A DNA stretch of 64,000 nucleotides from Candidatus Altimarinota bacterium (GTDB lineage: Bacteria; Patescibacteriota; Gracilibacteria; UBA1369; GCA-2718715). Both the position numbers and the translations under genes were made by a program. The stretch is from the NCBI GenBank assembly GCA_041242255.1, contig JBESAV010000001.1, positions 672,001 through 736,000 on the forward strand. Direction: 5' to 3'. Of the stretch, positions 40,236 through 49,960 are shown in pieces. A model generated the notes under the pieces. It saw only the letters and a program-made list of their open reading frames with translations. It did not search any database and had not been told where the DNA came from. Position 1 is the stretch's first letter. Each line of letters starts with the position of its first letter.

Positions 40236-41401
40236 GATTGCCAAGTAGTGCTTACAAGGTTTTCTTTACGATCAGGCTTATAACCGTTTTCTACATACCT
40301 CATTACTAGTAATGTCATATCATCTTTCTGAACTGTATTATCTACAAAAGAAATTACATCCCTTGATACACCTTCAAATACTTTCAGCGAAGAACCTAAA
40401 CTAGCATTTCTATTTAACGACTCCTTAAGCCTTTCTAATCCATAAAGCTCTCCTGAATCATTAACAGCTTCAGTAATACCATCAGAATATAGAAGAACAA
40501 TATCCTGGTCGTTAAGGATAATTTGTTTTTCCTTAGCTATCTTAGAGATGTCTGGTGACATAGCTAAGGCAATACCTCCAGTCACAATAGCTTCTGTCAC
40601 ACCTTCTTTTGCTCTATAAATCAATATATGTTCATGACCAGCACCAGTGTAGAACATTTCTCTAGTCTTAGGATTCCACCTAAAGAAAACAGAAGTCATA
40701 AACAAAGCAGCATTTACTCTTGGTTTCAATTCTTTATTAATAGATACCGCTAGGTCTAATGTGTTATCTACATTTGGCAAAAACAAATCAAACAAAGTAT
40801 TCATCACCATCATTACTAGACCAGCACCAGCTCCATGCCCAGTTACATCACCAACATATATATAATATTCATCACCTTTTTGAACTATATCAAAACTATC
40901 TCCACCCAGCTCATCAGCTGATCTAGTTTTAGCAACAGTATCTAGATACTCAATCACTGGTATTTCTTTAGGTAAAACACTTCTTTGTATATCAGCTGCA
41001 ATATTTAAATCGCTAGACATTCGTGAACCTTCCTTCAAAAAGTAAGAGATATTTTCAATATTCTTAGTGACATCATTAAAAAAATAAGCAAACAAACCAA
41101 ATTCATCCTTACTATCAATACTAATTTTTTGATATGGCTTTGATGATATAACTGATGCTACTTGCTTAACAATTTCATCCATCTTTCTTACAAACTTCAC
41201 CCTCACAAAAAACACTCCTACAATAAAGGAAAATAAAACTGACCCAACAAGCAAAACATTTTTATTTAATTCCAGTCCAAGCATGTAATACTGGAAACTC
41301 TCTTCAACTAGATTCATCACTAATCCAAAAGGCAGGAAAGAGACTAAACTTACAAAGAAAAATTTCCAAAACAATCTATATCTAACAGGTTGAATATTCA
41401 T
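40232..41401 (-). CDS. RsbU/SpoIIE-family PP2C phosphatase with 2 TM helices and a HAMP domain
   Basis: DEFGLFA HAMP, AADIQRSVLP, GGDSFD, GDVTGHG, AGH, YSDGITEA, DDMT. Confidence 0.92.
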   Translation of the reverse strand: MNIQPVRYRLFWKFFFVSLVSFLPFGLVMNLVEESFQYYMLGLELNKNVLLVGSVLFSFIVGVFFVRVKFVRKMDEIVKQVASVISSKPYQKISIDSKDEFGLFAYFFNDVTKNIENISYFLKEGSRMSSDLNIAADIQRSVLPKEIPVIEYLDTVAKTRSADELGGDSFDIVQKGDEYYIYVGDVTGHGAGAGLVMMVMNTLFDLFLPNVDNTLDLAVSINKELKPRVNAALFMTSVFFRWNPKTREMFYTGAGHEHILIYRAKEGVTEAIVTGGIALAMSPDISKIAKEKQIILNDQDIVLLYSDGITEAVNDSGELYGLERLKESLNRNASLGSSLKVFEGVSRDVISFVDNTVQKDDMTLLVMRYVENGYKPDRKENLVSTTWQS

Positions 41402-41760
41402 TAGCTTACATGTTTAAGTACTTCTTCCATTGAATCATAAACCTCAACTATTTGACTTAGACCAACGACATCAAAAACATCTTTAACTTGAGGCTGTGCA
41501 TTTACAATGTGCAACCGTTTTCCCATAGCTTCCATTTTATAAAACATAGATACAAAAAAACCAACACCTTCTGAATTCACAAAGTCAAAATACTTTAAAT
41601 CAAATATCAAATAATCATCCTCAAACGCTTCAATAAAGTTATTAATAACCTCTCTAACATCTTTAATGTTCGATTTATCTAAAGCTCCTTTAAACTCAAT
41701 AACGATGTACTTGTCAGAGTCCAAAACTTTGTCTAAAACATTTAAATCTAATCTTGTCAT
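41401..41760 (-). CDS. STAS-domain anti-sigma-factor antagonist (RsbV/SpoIIAA-like)
   Basis: GALD, FDL..FDFVNSEGVG with the phospho-acceptor Ser, VKDVFDVVGL. Confidence 0.88.
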   Translation of the reverse strand: MTRLDLNVLDKVLDSDKYIVIEFKGALDKSNIKDVREVINNFIEAFEDDYLIFDLKYFDFVNSEGVGFFVSMFYKMEAMGKRLHIVNAQPQVKDVFDVVGLSQIVEVYDSMEEVLKHVS

Positions 41761-41856
41761 TTTCTTATTTAAAACAACAATATTCTACATATTTTAGTCA
41801 GATACCCCAAACATACCATTATGATAAATAAACAAATCAGCAGTAAAGCAACACCT

Positions 41857-44214
41857 TTAAGCCAACAAGTCCTTCAATAAGAAGTACTCCCGGTTCAAAC
41901 CAAGAAACTTATAACAGTTCTTCAGCTGATATAACATTTCAATTTTCACTTCAGGGTCAGTTTCCAATGATAGTTCATCATAGATACCATAGATTTCCAT
42001 TTCATATTTTTTCTTCAACTCATTTAAGATATTTTCACTAACACCCCATTCCTCCAACTCAAGTAAAGCCTGACTTAAAAGATTCAAATCAACATTCTTC
42101 AATTCATTATACAAATCAACTTCATCTTTAGTCATTTTAAGAACTCCGTAAAACAACTTCAATTCAGGATACTCTTTAATCTTTTCGACCAATAAAGCAT
42201 CATAAAACTCCACTAACTCAAAGTTGTTAGAAACAATCAGGTACAATAAACCATATTTAACCGAATCTATATCAGAAGATACTAGGCATGATCTAACAAT
42301 ATATTTAACTTCATTCTTTGGCATATAATCATCCAACAATGACAGAAAGGCCATTCTAACCTTAGAGCTATCAACTTTCATATACCTTTCAAACAAATGC
42401 AATAAACCTAAGTCATCCTTCTCCTTCATTACGTTCACGAAATACAAGCAATTATCTTCATCAAGCAACTCCTCACACATTTTCATTAAAGCATGAATAT
42501 TATTAGTTCTAAGATAAAACCTAGTTAAGAATATGATCAACTCACTATAATTCTCCCTATCAACCTTTCCTGAAACCAACTTTTCATAAAAACTAAATAA
42601 ATATTCCATAGAAAAGGGTTTATCTTCAAACAAGTCTATCTTACGCTCAAACAAATCATTTACAGACTCCAATAGATCAAACTTATTTTCAGATCCTTCA
42701 TATTGTCCCATTAAGAAATAGACATCCTCTACACAACCATACTCACCAATGAACCTATACAGTCTACCCTTAACCATCTTATCAAGATCGACTCTATGCT
42801 CTAGCAAATCTTTTACAAACTCCAAAGCAAACCTTTTATCTGATAGTGATTCTAAGATTTCAATAGCATTCATTTGCTCACTCAAACTATCACTATTTTG
42901 CAAAGCTTTAATAGGTTTCATATCGAACTGACTTCCAAACTTTTTAGTTAAAATAATTACCCCAATCAAAACAAAGATACTTATCAATGAGGAGTACAAA
43001 TTAAAATTACTAGAGAAAAAGAAATTAATTAGAAATAAAACTACCATTGCTAGAATATTTCCAAGAGGTCTAACCACACCCTCTAGTAACTCAATTACAG
43101 CAGTTCGAAATCTATGTGATAAAGCGTAATAGGTTGTATGGTAAGCATTATAGTGAAGTACGTGGGTAACTTCTTGGTTAAGCCTGGAGATCACAACACT
43201 AGGGAAACCATAACCAACCAGCATTCCCAAAGCACTAACTATCATAACAATAGGGGATATAAACATTGTTCCAACTGACCCTAAACCTTTAAGGATTCTT
43301 GAAGTAAAAAACAATTGGAAAATTATTACCACTGCCGCAAAACCTGCATGTAATGCCCCTAAATCAGCTGCAAGATTAGCGTCATGACCACCTGAATGAT
43401 GGTAAGACTTACTAAACTCCTCAACTACAAAAGTAAAGTGGTACTCCAAAATACCAAAAAACACGAACTGCAACAGAACTAGACCAAAAAGATACAAAAC
43501 AAACTTATTATTCTTAAGCTGATCCTTTATCAAATTCCAATCCATAGCATCATCTTTTTCAATAACGATCCCTTTTTCAGGTATATTAAATAAACTTTTA
43601 TATGGAACTAAAACAGTTTTATTCATAAAGTACAAAATTGTTGGCACACATAAAAGCATGTAAACAACCATCACCAGAAACAATTTGTTTAATGACAAGA
43701 AAGCAGAGAGCAAGGCAATAAGTATACCACCTAGTAAAACACCAAGGGTCTCAGCAGATTCTATTACAGGAAAAACTCTAGCCGCCTGATTAGGTGAGAA
43801 AATACTTTCAGCTAAAAGTGATCGCACAATTTTAAATTGAGACAGAAATAAAGAAACACTGATCAAGCAAGTAAGTAAGAACACTTCAGGTGAAACAGTA
43901 TATACAAAAGCTGTAATAACAAATAAAAAAGAAATTATTAAAGCCAAATATAGTATTAGGTTTGCTTTCTCAAAATAATTAATGATCCTCCCAAAAAATA
44001 AACTACCTAGCATGCAGCTAAACGAATGTAAGGCAAAAAGTATTGGCAGATACATAACTCCGTACTGCCCTACAAAAAAGGCAACCATTACAGTCCAACC
44101 AAAAACCATACATATCCTGTAAATGAAGCTAAGAAACCACATCACAAACACTTCAGAAAACTCCTCTTCATATACATTTATCAATCTGTAAGCCCAAGTC
44201 TTTATTAAGTTCAT
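41857..44214 (-). CDS. NTT (Npt1/Npt2, TLC-like) MFS transporter with a C-terminal helical (HEAT-like) domain
   Basis: About 12 TM helices; IFSPNQAARVFPVI...LGVLLGG and YYALSHRFR..ELLEGVVRPLG match NTT loop motifs; about 350-aa helical tail. Confidence 0.7.
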   Translation of the reverse strand: MNLIKTWAYRLINVYEEEFSEVFVMWFLSFIYRICMVFGWTVMVAFFVGQYGVMYLPILFALHSFSCMLGSLFFGRIINYFEKANLILYLALIISFLFVITAFVYTVSPEVFLLTCLISVSLFLSQFKIVRSLLAESIFSPNQAARVFPVIESAETLGVLLGGILIALLSAFLSLNKLFLVMVVYMLLCVPTILYFMNKTVLVPYKSLFNIPEKGIVIEKDDAMDWNLIKDQLKNNKFVLYLFGLVLLQFVFFGILEYHFTFVVEEFSKSYHHSGGHDANLAADLGALHAGFAAVVIIFQLFFTSRILKGLGSVGTMFISPIVMIVSALGMLVGYGFPSVVISRLNQEVTHVLHYNAYHTTYYALSHRFRTAVIELLEGVVRPLGNILAMVVLFLINFFFSSNFNLYSSLISIFVLIGVIILTKKFGSQFDMKPIKALQNSDSLSEQMNAIEILESLSDKRFALEFVKDLLEHRVDLDKMVKGRLYRFIGEYGCVEDVYFLMGQYEGSENKFDLLESVNDLFERKIDLFEDKPFSMEYLFSFYEKLVSGKVDRENYSELIIFLTRFYLRTNNIHALMKMCEELLDEDNCLYFVNVMKEKDDLGLLHLFERYMKVDSSKVRMAFLSLLDDYMPKNEVKYIVRSCLVSSDIDSVKYGLLYLIVSNNFELVEFYDALLVEKIKEYPELKLFYGVLKMTKDEVDLYNELKNVDLNLLSQALLELEEWGVSENILNELKKKYEMEIYGIYDELSLETDPEVKIEMLYQLKNCYKFLGLNREYFLLKDLLA

Positions 44215-44256
44215 AATAAAATTACATCTAAATATTATAACATAATTTAGATATTT

Positions 44257-44286
44257 AAAAAGCCCTCGACTACAAAATCAAGGGCT
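44257..44286 (-). terminator. Intrinsic terminator after tsf
   Basis: AGCCCUUGAU/GUCGAGGGCU stem followed by a U run. Confidence 0.75.
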
Positions 44287-44308
44287 ATCAAACAGTGTTT
44301 TTATAAAA

Positions 44309-45073
44309 CTATGTCATGAAAACGAAAGAAGTAATTTCTCCACCATTCTCTTTAACGTAATCAGCAACCTTTTTAGAAGGCTCCATTACAAAGTCTTGAG
44401 TCAAAAGAGCGTTAGCTTCTCTGAACTTCTTCTCTTTACCAGAAAGGATGTTATCCCAGATCTTTTCTGGCTTTCCTGATTTCTTAAGCTCATCATTCCA
44501 GATCTCATGTTCTTTAGCTACTTTTTCATCAGAAACTTCGTCAGGTGAAAGGTTTGTAGGCTTCATTGCAGAAGCATGCATTGCAACATTTCTTGCAACT
44601 TCTTCACTTCCACCAGTCATTGCTACAACAGCTGCAACTTTATTGTTCGAATGAACATAAGCACCTACAGTTTCTCCTTCGATCAACTTAGGCTCCATCA
44701 ATTGTAGCTTTTCTCCCATTTTCAAAGAAAGGTCAGTTACGTCACCACTTAAATCAGTATCAAGACCCTCTTTAAGTAGTCTTTCAGCTAATTCATTCGC
44801 GGCTTTCACGAAATCATCATTTTTTGCTACAAAGTCAGTTTCAGAAGCCAGCTTCATTACAACCGCTTTTTTACCATCAGTTGCAACTGCTACCACACCT
44901 TCTGTAGTATCCCTATCTGCACGGTCAGCAGCCTTAGCCTCACCTTTCTTTCTAAGCAACTCTATTGCTTTGTCCATATCACCATCGGCTTCAACCAATG
45001 CTTTCTTACAAGCAGTGATAGATACTCCGGTAATATCTCTTAATTCTTTAATTTGTTCTAAAGTAATTGCCAT
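44309..45073 (-). CDS. tsf: Elongation factor Ts
   Basis: IKELRDITG, CKKAL, ETDFVAKN, YVH, VAMH. Confidence 0.97.
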   Translation of the reverse strand: MAITLEQIKELRDITGVSITACKKALVEADGDMDKAIELLRKKGEAKAADRADRDTTEGVVAVATDGKKAVVMKLASETDFVAKNDDFVKAANELAERLLKEGLDTDLSGDVTDLSLKMGEKLQLMEPKLIEGETVGAYVHSNNKVAAVVAMTGGSEEVARNVAMHASAMKPTNLSPDEVSDEKVAKEHEIWNDELKKSGKPEKIWDNILSGKEKKFREANALLTQDFVMEPSKKVADYVKENGGEITSFVFMT

Positions 45074-45095
45074 ATTCAATATTTAATTAAGTTCC

Positions 45096-45779
45096 TTATG
45101 ATAATGCTTCACCAATGAAGTTCAGTATGTATTTAACTGACTTAATAGCATCATCGTTTGCTGGTATTTTGTAGTCAATCAAATCAGGATCAGCATTTGT
45201 ATCCAAGAATCCTACTACTGGAATTCCAAGTTTTTTAGCTTCTTCAACGGCTATTCTATCTCTAACAGTATCAACAACGAAAAGACAGCTAGGCTTCTTA
45301 GTCATATCTTTAACTCCGCCTAATCTTTCTTCAAGTTTTCTCATCTCTTTCATCATCTTAGAAGCTTCTTTTTTAGTGTATTTTTCAATACTACCATCAG
45401 CTACCATAGACTGAATGTTTTTCATCTCTCTCACTCTTGAGTTAACTGTTTTAAAGTTTGTCAAAAGCCCTGGTATCCATTTGTAAGTCACACTTGGCAT
45501 ATCAAGTTTTTTAGCCAAAGCCTTAACAGTTGGTACAGTTTGTTGCTTAGTAGAAACAATCAAAATTGTTCTACCAGCATCCTTCTCTTTCTTTAAAAAA
45601 TCCAATGCATTATCAAGATGCTCCAACGTTTTGTGAAGATCGATAATGTGAACATTTTTTCTTTCACCCCAGATAAATTCTTTCATCTTAGGATTCCACT
45701 TGTTTGTATAGTGCCCAAAGTGAACGGCATTTTCCAGCATATCTTGTAGAGTCTGGTTTTTGTCTTTTATGTATTTCAT
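45096..45779 (-). CDS. rpsB: 30S ribosomal protein S2
   Basis: VHFGH, WNPKM, IIDL, GLLTNF, DTNADP, PANDD. Confidence 0.98.
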   Translation of the reverse strand: MKYIKDKNQTLQDMLENAVHFGHYTNKWNPKMKEFIWGERKNVHIIDLHKTLEHLDNALDFLKKEKDAGRTILIVSTKQQTVPTVKALAKKLDMPSVTYKWIPGLLTNFKTVNSRVREMKNIQSMVADGSIEKYTKKEASKMMKEMRKLEERLGGVKDMTKKPSCLFVVDTVRDRIAVEEAKKLGIPVVGFLDTNADPDLIDYKIPANDDAIKSVKYILNFIGEALS

Positions 45780-45887
45780 AAATTCCTTGTGGTTAAACGC
45801 TATCTATTCTTCTATTAGCCCGTGAGATCTCAATTACGAGACAGGAATAGGCGTAGAAGGGATAACTAAAATAAATTTACATTGCGC

Positions 45888-45916
45888 AATATAGTCAAAA
45901 ACCCTATTCTTTGCAA
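45888..45916 (-). promoter_or_regulatory. Promoter of rpsB-tsf
   Basis: TTGCAA-N17-TATATT on the minus strand. Confidence 0.4.
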
Positions 45917-45943
45917 GTAAATAAGCACTAAACCTAATTAACG

Positions 45944-48538
45944 ATGATACCTAAAAGTTTTGATTACAATACTCTAGAAGATAAAATCTATCAAAATTGG
46001 CTCAAGTCTAAATGTTTTCAACCAAAACCAGGAAAGCAGAACGATACCTTTACAATCATGATGCCACCCCCTAACGCAACCGGTACCCTTCACCTAGGAC
46101 ACGCCAGTATGTTAGCAATCCAAGACATCATTATCAGGTTTAAAAGAATGTCAGGATATGAAACCTTATGGCTACCAGGAACAGATCATGCCGCCATCGC
46201 TACACAAGACAAAGTTGAAAATCTACAGTTCCAAAAAACAGGAAAAAACAGACACGATTTTGGACGTGAAAAATTCCTACAACTTGTTGATGAATTCGTA
46301 AAGCAATCTCAAGAAACTATTGTAAAGCAAACTAAAAAGATGGGAGCAAGTTGTGATTGGGATCAAACAAAATTCACTCTAGATCCAGAGCTTCAAGATG
46401 CAGTTACAGAGATGTTTATACGTATGTATAATGATGGCCTTATATATAGAGGTGATAGAGTTATCAACTGGGATCCTAAAATGCAGACCACAGTTGCTGA
46501 TGACGAAGTTGAATACAAAGAAGAGTACACAAACTTCTATTACTTCCAGTTTGGACCAGTAGTAATAGGTACCTCCAGACCAGAAACAAAATTCTTAGAT
46601 GATACAATCGTAGTTCACCCTGAAGACCAAAGATACAAACATCTTATCGGAAAAGAATTCACACATGAATGGATAAACGGAGAAATCACATCCAAAGTTA
46701 TCGCTGATGAGTCAATTGATATGGAATTAGGGACTGGTGCTATGACAATAAGTCCAGCACATAGTTTTATAGATTACGAAATCGCTCAAAAAAATGACCT
46801 AAAATACGAAAGAATCATAGATCTAGAAGGTAAAATACTTTCATCAGCTTCTAAAGAATGTGCTGGCATGACCATCAAAGAAGCAAGAAAAAAAGTTGTT
46901 GAAATTCTTAAAGAAAAAGATCTAGTAACTGACATACAAAACAACTATTACCACAAAGTTGCAGTTAACTATCGTGGCGGAGGAATAATAGAACCTCAAC
47001 TCATGGAACAATGGTTTATAGATGTAAACAAAACGGTGGTTGATTGGAAAGACCAAAAAATGAGCCTCAAGCAAGTAATGCAAGACGTAGTTAGATCAAA
47101 TGATATTGAAATACTTCCAAACTCTCAGGAGAACGTTTACTTTAACTGGATTGATAAGCTACAGGATTGGTGTATATCGAGACAAATCTGGTATGGACAC
47201 AGGATTCCTGCTTGGTTTAAAGATGGTGAGGTTAAAGTTCAAATTGATTCCCCAGGTGAAGGTTGGAAGCAAGATCCTGACACATTAGACACATGGTTCT
47301 CTTCTGGTATGTGGACTTTCTCAACCTTAGGTTGGCCAAACCAAACTGAAATGCTCAAAAAATTCCACCCAACTGACGTTCTTGAAACAGGATACGACAT
47401 ACTATTTTTCTGGGTGGCTAGAATGATTCTCATGACAACTTACGCTACTGGACAAATTCCATTCAAAACTGTTTATCTACACGGACTTGTTAGAGATAAA
47501 AACGGAGATAAAATGAGTAAATCTAAAGGAAATGGTATAGACCCCTTAGAAGTTATTCAGAAATATGGAACAGATGCAGTGAGACTAAGTCTAGTGATGG
47601 GTACAAGGCCTGGACAAGACGTACGACTTTTCGAAGAAAAAATAGCTTCATACAGAAACTTCGTAACAAAAATATGGAATTCAACAAGATTTGCATTAAT
47701 GAATCTAGATTTTGATAAAATTGACAAGGAAGAAATAGATCCTACAAAACTAAGCGAAGCAGACAAATGGATACTCCATGAAACACAAGAAATGATCCAA
47801 ACACAAACTGAACTTCTCAACCAATATAGATTATCAGAGGCAGGAACAAAGATATATGACTTTCTCTGGAATGATTTCTGCTCATGGTACTTAGAGATAT
47901 CAAAGAAAAACCTAAACAACAAAGTTTTATATCTAGCACTCTCAGATATACTCAAAATGCTCCATCCATTTGTCCCTTTTGTTACAGAAGAACTCTGGAA
48001 ACTTTTAGGTCATAAAGAAATGCTAATGCTTGAAGAATGGCCTGAAATGAATAAGAATTTGCTATTCCCGAAAGAGAAAGAACAAATCGATAACTTAAAG
48101 AAAACTATTACTGCAATAAGATCAGTAATGGCAGACTTTGATGTAAGCAAAGACTCTCACATAACAATACAGCATAAAAGTCAAACAGTTATAGAAACAA
48201 ATCAAGATGTCATTAAGCATATGGCAAAAGTCAAAACACTTGAGCTAACCAATGACTTCAAACATATACCTAAAACAATCACACAAGTAGTGACACCTGA
48301 GATAACAATTTTACTTCACCTAGATCAAAACATAGATCTAGAAGCTGAGAAAGAAAAGCTAAGTCTCGAAGCCTCAAACTTAAACAATTTTATAATTAGT
48401 CTTGAGAAGAAACTTTCAAATAAAAACTATACCGAAAAAGCTCCAGAACATATTGTAGAGGAAACAAGACAAAATCTAGAGACATCTCAGAAAAAACTTA
48501 CTAAGATAAACCAAAGACTAAAAGCTCTCTCTGAATGA
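45944..48538 (+). CDS. valS: Valyl-tRNA synthetase
   Basis: PPPNATGTLHLGH, GTDHA, DWCISRQ, KMSKS, C-terminal coiled coil. Confidence 0.97.
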   Translation: MIPKSFDYNTLEDKIYQNWLKSKCFQPKPGKQNDTFTIMMPPPNATGTLHLGHASMLAIQDIIIRFKRMSGYETLWLPGTDHAAIATQDKVENLQFQKTGKNRHDFGREKFLQLVDEFVKQSQETIVKQTKKMGASCDWDQTKFTLDPELQDAVTEMFIRMYNDGLIYRGDRVINWDPKMQTTVADDEVEYKEEYTNFYYFQFGPVVIGTSRPETKFLDDTIVVHPEDQRYKHLIGKEFTHEWINGEITSKVIADESIDMELGTGAMTISPAHSFIDYEIAQKNDLKYERIIDLEGKILSSASKECAGMTIKEARKKVVEILKEKDLVTDIQNNYYHKVAVNYRGGGIIEPQLMEQWFIDVNKTVVDWKDQKMSLKQVMQDVVRSNDIEILPNSQENVYFNWIDKLQDWCISRQIWYGHRIPAWFKDGEVKVQIDSPGEGWKQDPDTLDTWFSSGMWTFSTLGWPNQTEMLKKFHPTDVLETGYDILFFWVARMILMTTYATGQIPFKTVYLHGLVRDKNGDKMSKSKGNGIDPLEVIQKYGTDAVRLSLVMGTRPGQDVRLFEEKIASYRNFVTKIWNSTRFALMNLDFDKIDKEEIDPTKLSEADKWILHETQEMIQTQTELLNQYRLSEAGTKIYDFLWNDFCSWYLEISKKNLNNKVLYLALSDILKMLHPFVPFVTEELWKLLGHKEMLMLEEWPEMNKNLLFPKEKEQIDNLKKTITAIRSVMADFDVSKDSHITIQHKSQTVIETNQDVIKHMAKVKTLELTNDFKHIPKTITQVVTPEITILLHLDQNIDLEAEKEKLSLEASNLNNFIISLEKKLSNKNYTEKAPEHIVEETRQNLETSQKKLTKINQRLKALSE

Positions 48539-49386
48539 ATTACATTGAAATTCAAAAATTAATCAAAAAAGGGGATATCAAAAAAGCACAACAAGAGCTA
48601 AAAGATAAGCCCTTTTCTCAAACTCAAACATCAATTTATAGAAAAACTGAAAAGCTCTTAAGCAAAAAAATACAAAACTTAAGAAAAAAGTTCGTTCAAC
48701 AAAGTATTAAAAAGTGCAAAGACTATTTAAAAGAAGGGGAGTTAGATAAAGCTTATCATCTCATACTAGATCTTGAAAATATTGATTCAAGCAATAGTAA
48801 AATTCAGAGACTCAAAACAAAAATAATTACATCAATCAACAGATCTCTTCGGGACTCAGCCAAAACACTCTTCAAAAAGAGCCAAATCGAGATAGAAAAC
48901 TTAATAAAATCAAACCAACCACAAAAAGCATTAGAAGTAACCTACCAGTTAACTCAGTTACCTGAAACATTAAGAAAACAACTAGAAATAGAAACAAAAC
49001 GTAAGATCATAGACAACAAATTAAAATCAAACAAAAAAAGCCTTTCAAAGACACCAGCACCTCAGAAATACGATTTCATAAAAAATCTCTTTGATCTGGA
49101 ACCAACATACCCAAAAATACAAAAAATTCTTATTTCATGTAAAGAGGAGCTAAGAGAATACTCTAAACACCAAAAGAAAAATCTCTTAGAAGAATTAACA
49201 AGAGAAACAAAAATCTTATTTAATAAAAAAGAATACTCAAAAGCCAAAGAGAACGCCAAGAGAATTCTCTCGATAGATCCAACAAATTCAAAAGGTATAA
49301 AGTATTACAAAAAATCTGAACACTGCTATTATAACGATAGCTACAGCAAAGCTTACCAAATTCTACAATCTAAAACTAAAATATGA
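48535..49386 (+). CDS. Basic helical (TPR-like) hypothetical protein
   Basis: Lys-rich; AKRILSIDPTNSKG resembles a TPR end; 4-nt overlaps with valS and dcd. Confidence 0.6.
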   Translation: MNYIEIQKLIKKGDIKKAQQELKDKPFSQTQTSIYRKTEKLLSKKIQNLRKKFVQQSIKKCKDYLKEGELDKAYHLILDLENIDSSNSKIQRLKTKIITSINRSLRDSAKTLFKKSQIEIENLIKSNQPQKALEVTYQLTQLPETLRKQLEIETKRKIIDNKLKSNKKSLSKTPAPQKYDFIKNLFDLEPTYPKIQKILISCKEELREYSKHQKKNLLEELTRETKILFNKKEYSKAKENAKRILSIDPTNSKGIKYYKKSEHCYYNDSYSKAYQILQSKTKI

Positions 49387-49958
49387 TTTTCTCAGACCAA
49401 GATATTCAGAAAGCAATTCAACAAGGTAAAATTACAGTTGAACCTTTTTTAGATAGAAACTTACAACCAGCCTCTGTTGATCTTCACTTAGATAAACACT
49501 TTTTAGTATTCGACGACACTCAACATTATGTTATAGACCCTAAAGAACCTATGGATGACATGATGAGAGAGGTTACGATTGATGAAGATGGATATTTTGT
49601 ACTACACCCTGGAGAATTCGCTCTAGGAATGATTTACGAAACTACCGGAGTAAGTGACGATATAGTTGGTAGACTAGAAGGTAAAAGCTCTGTCGGACGT
49701 TTAGGAGTACTAATTCACGTAACTGCAGGTTTTTTAGATCCAGGTAACAAACTTAAAATGACATTGGAACTTCACAATACATCCAACTTACCAGTTAAGC
49801 TTTATTACAAAATGCCTATAGCTCAAATGGCATTCGAAAAGATATCTTCACCATCTCTTCAACCATATTCACCTAAACTAGGAAGCAAATACTATGGTGA
49901 TATGAAACCAAGAGCTTCACAAATGTACAAAAACTTTATAGATGGAGAATGGAAGTAA
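49383..49958 (+). CDS. dcd: dCTP deaminase
   Basis: QPASVDL, LHPGEF, EGKSSVGRLG, TAGFLDPG, TLE, IAQ. Confidence 0.95.
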   Translation: MIFSDQDIQKAIQQGKITVEPFLDRNLQPASVDLHLDKHFLVFDDTQHYVIDPKEPMDDMMREVTIDEDGYFVLHPGEFALGMIYETTGVSDDIVGRLEGKSSVGRLGVLIHVTAGFLDPGNKLKMTLELHNTSNLPVKLYYKMPIAQMAFEKISSPSLQPYSPKLGSKYYGDMKPRASQMYKNFIDGEWK

Positions 49959-49960
49959 AA

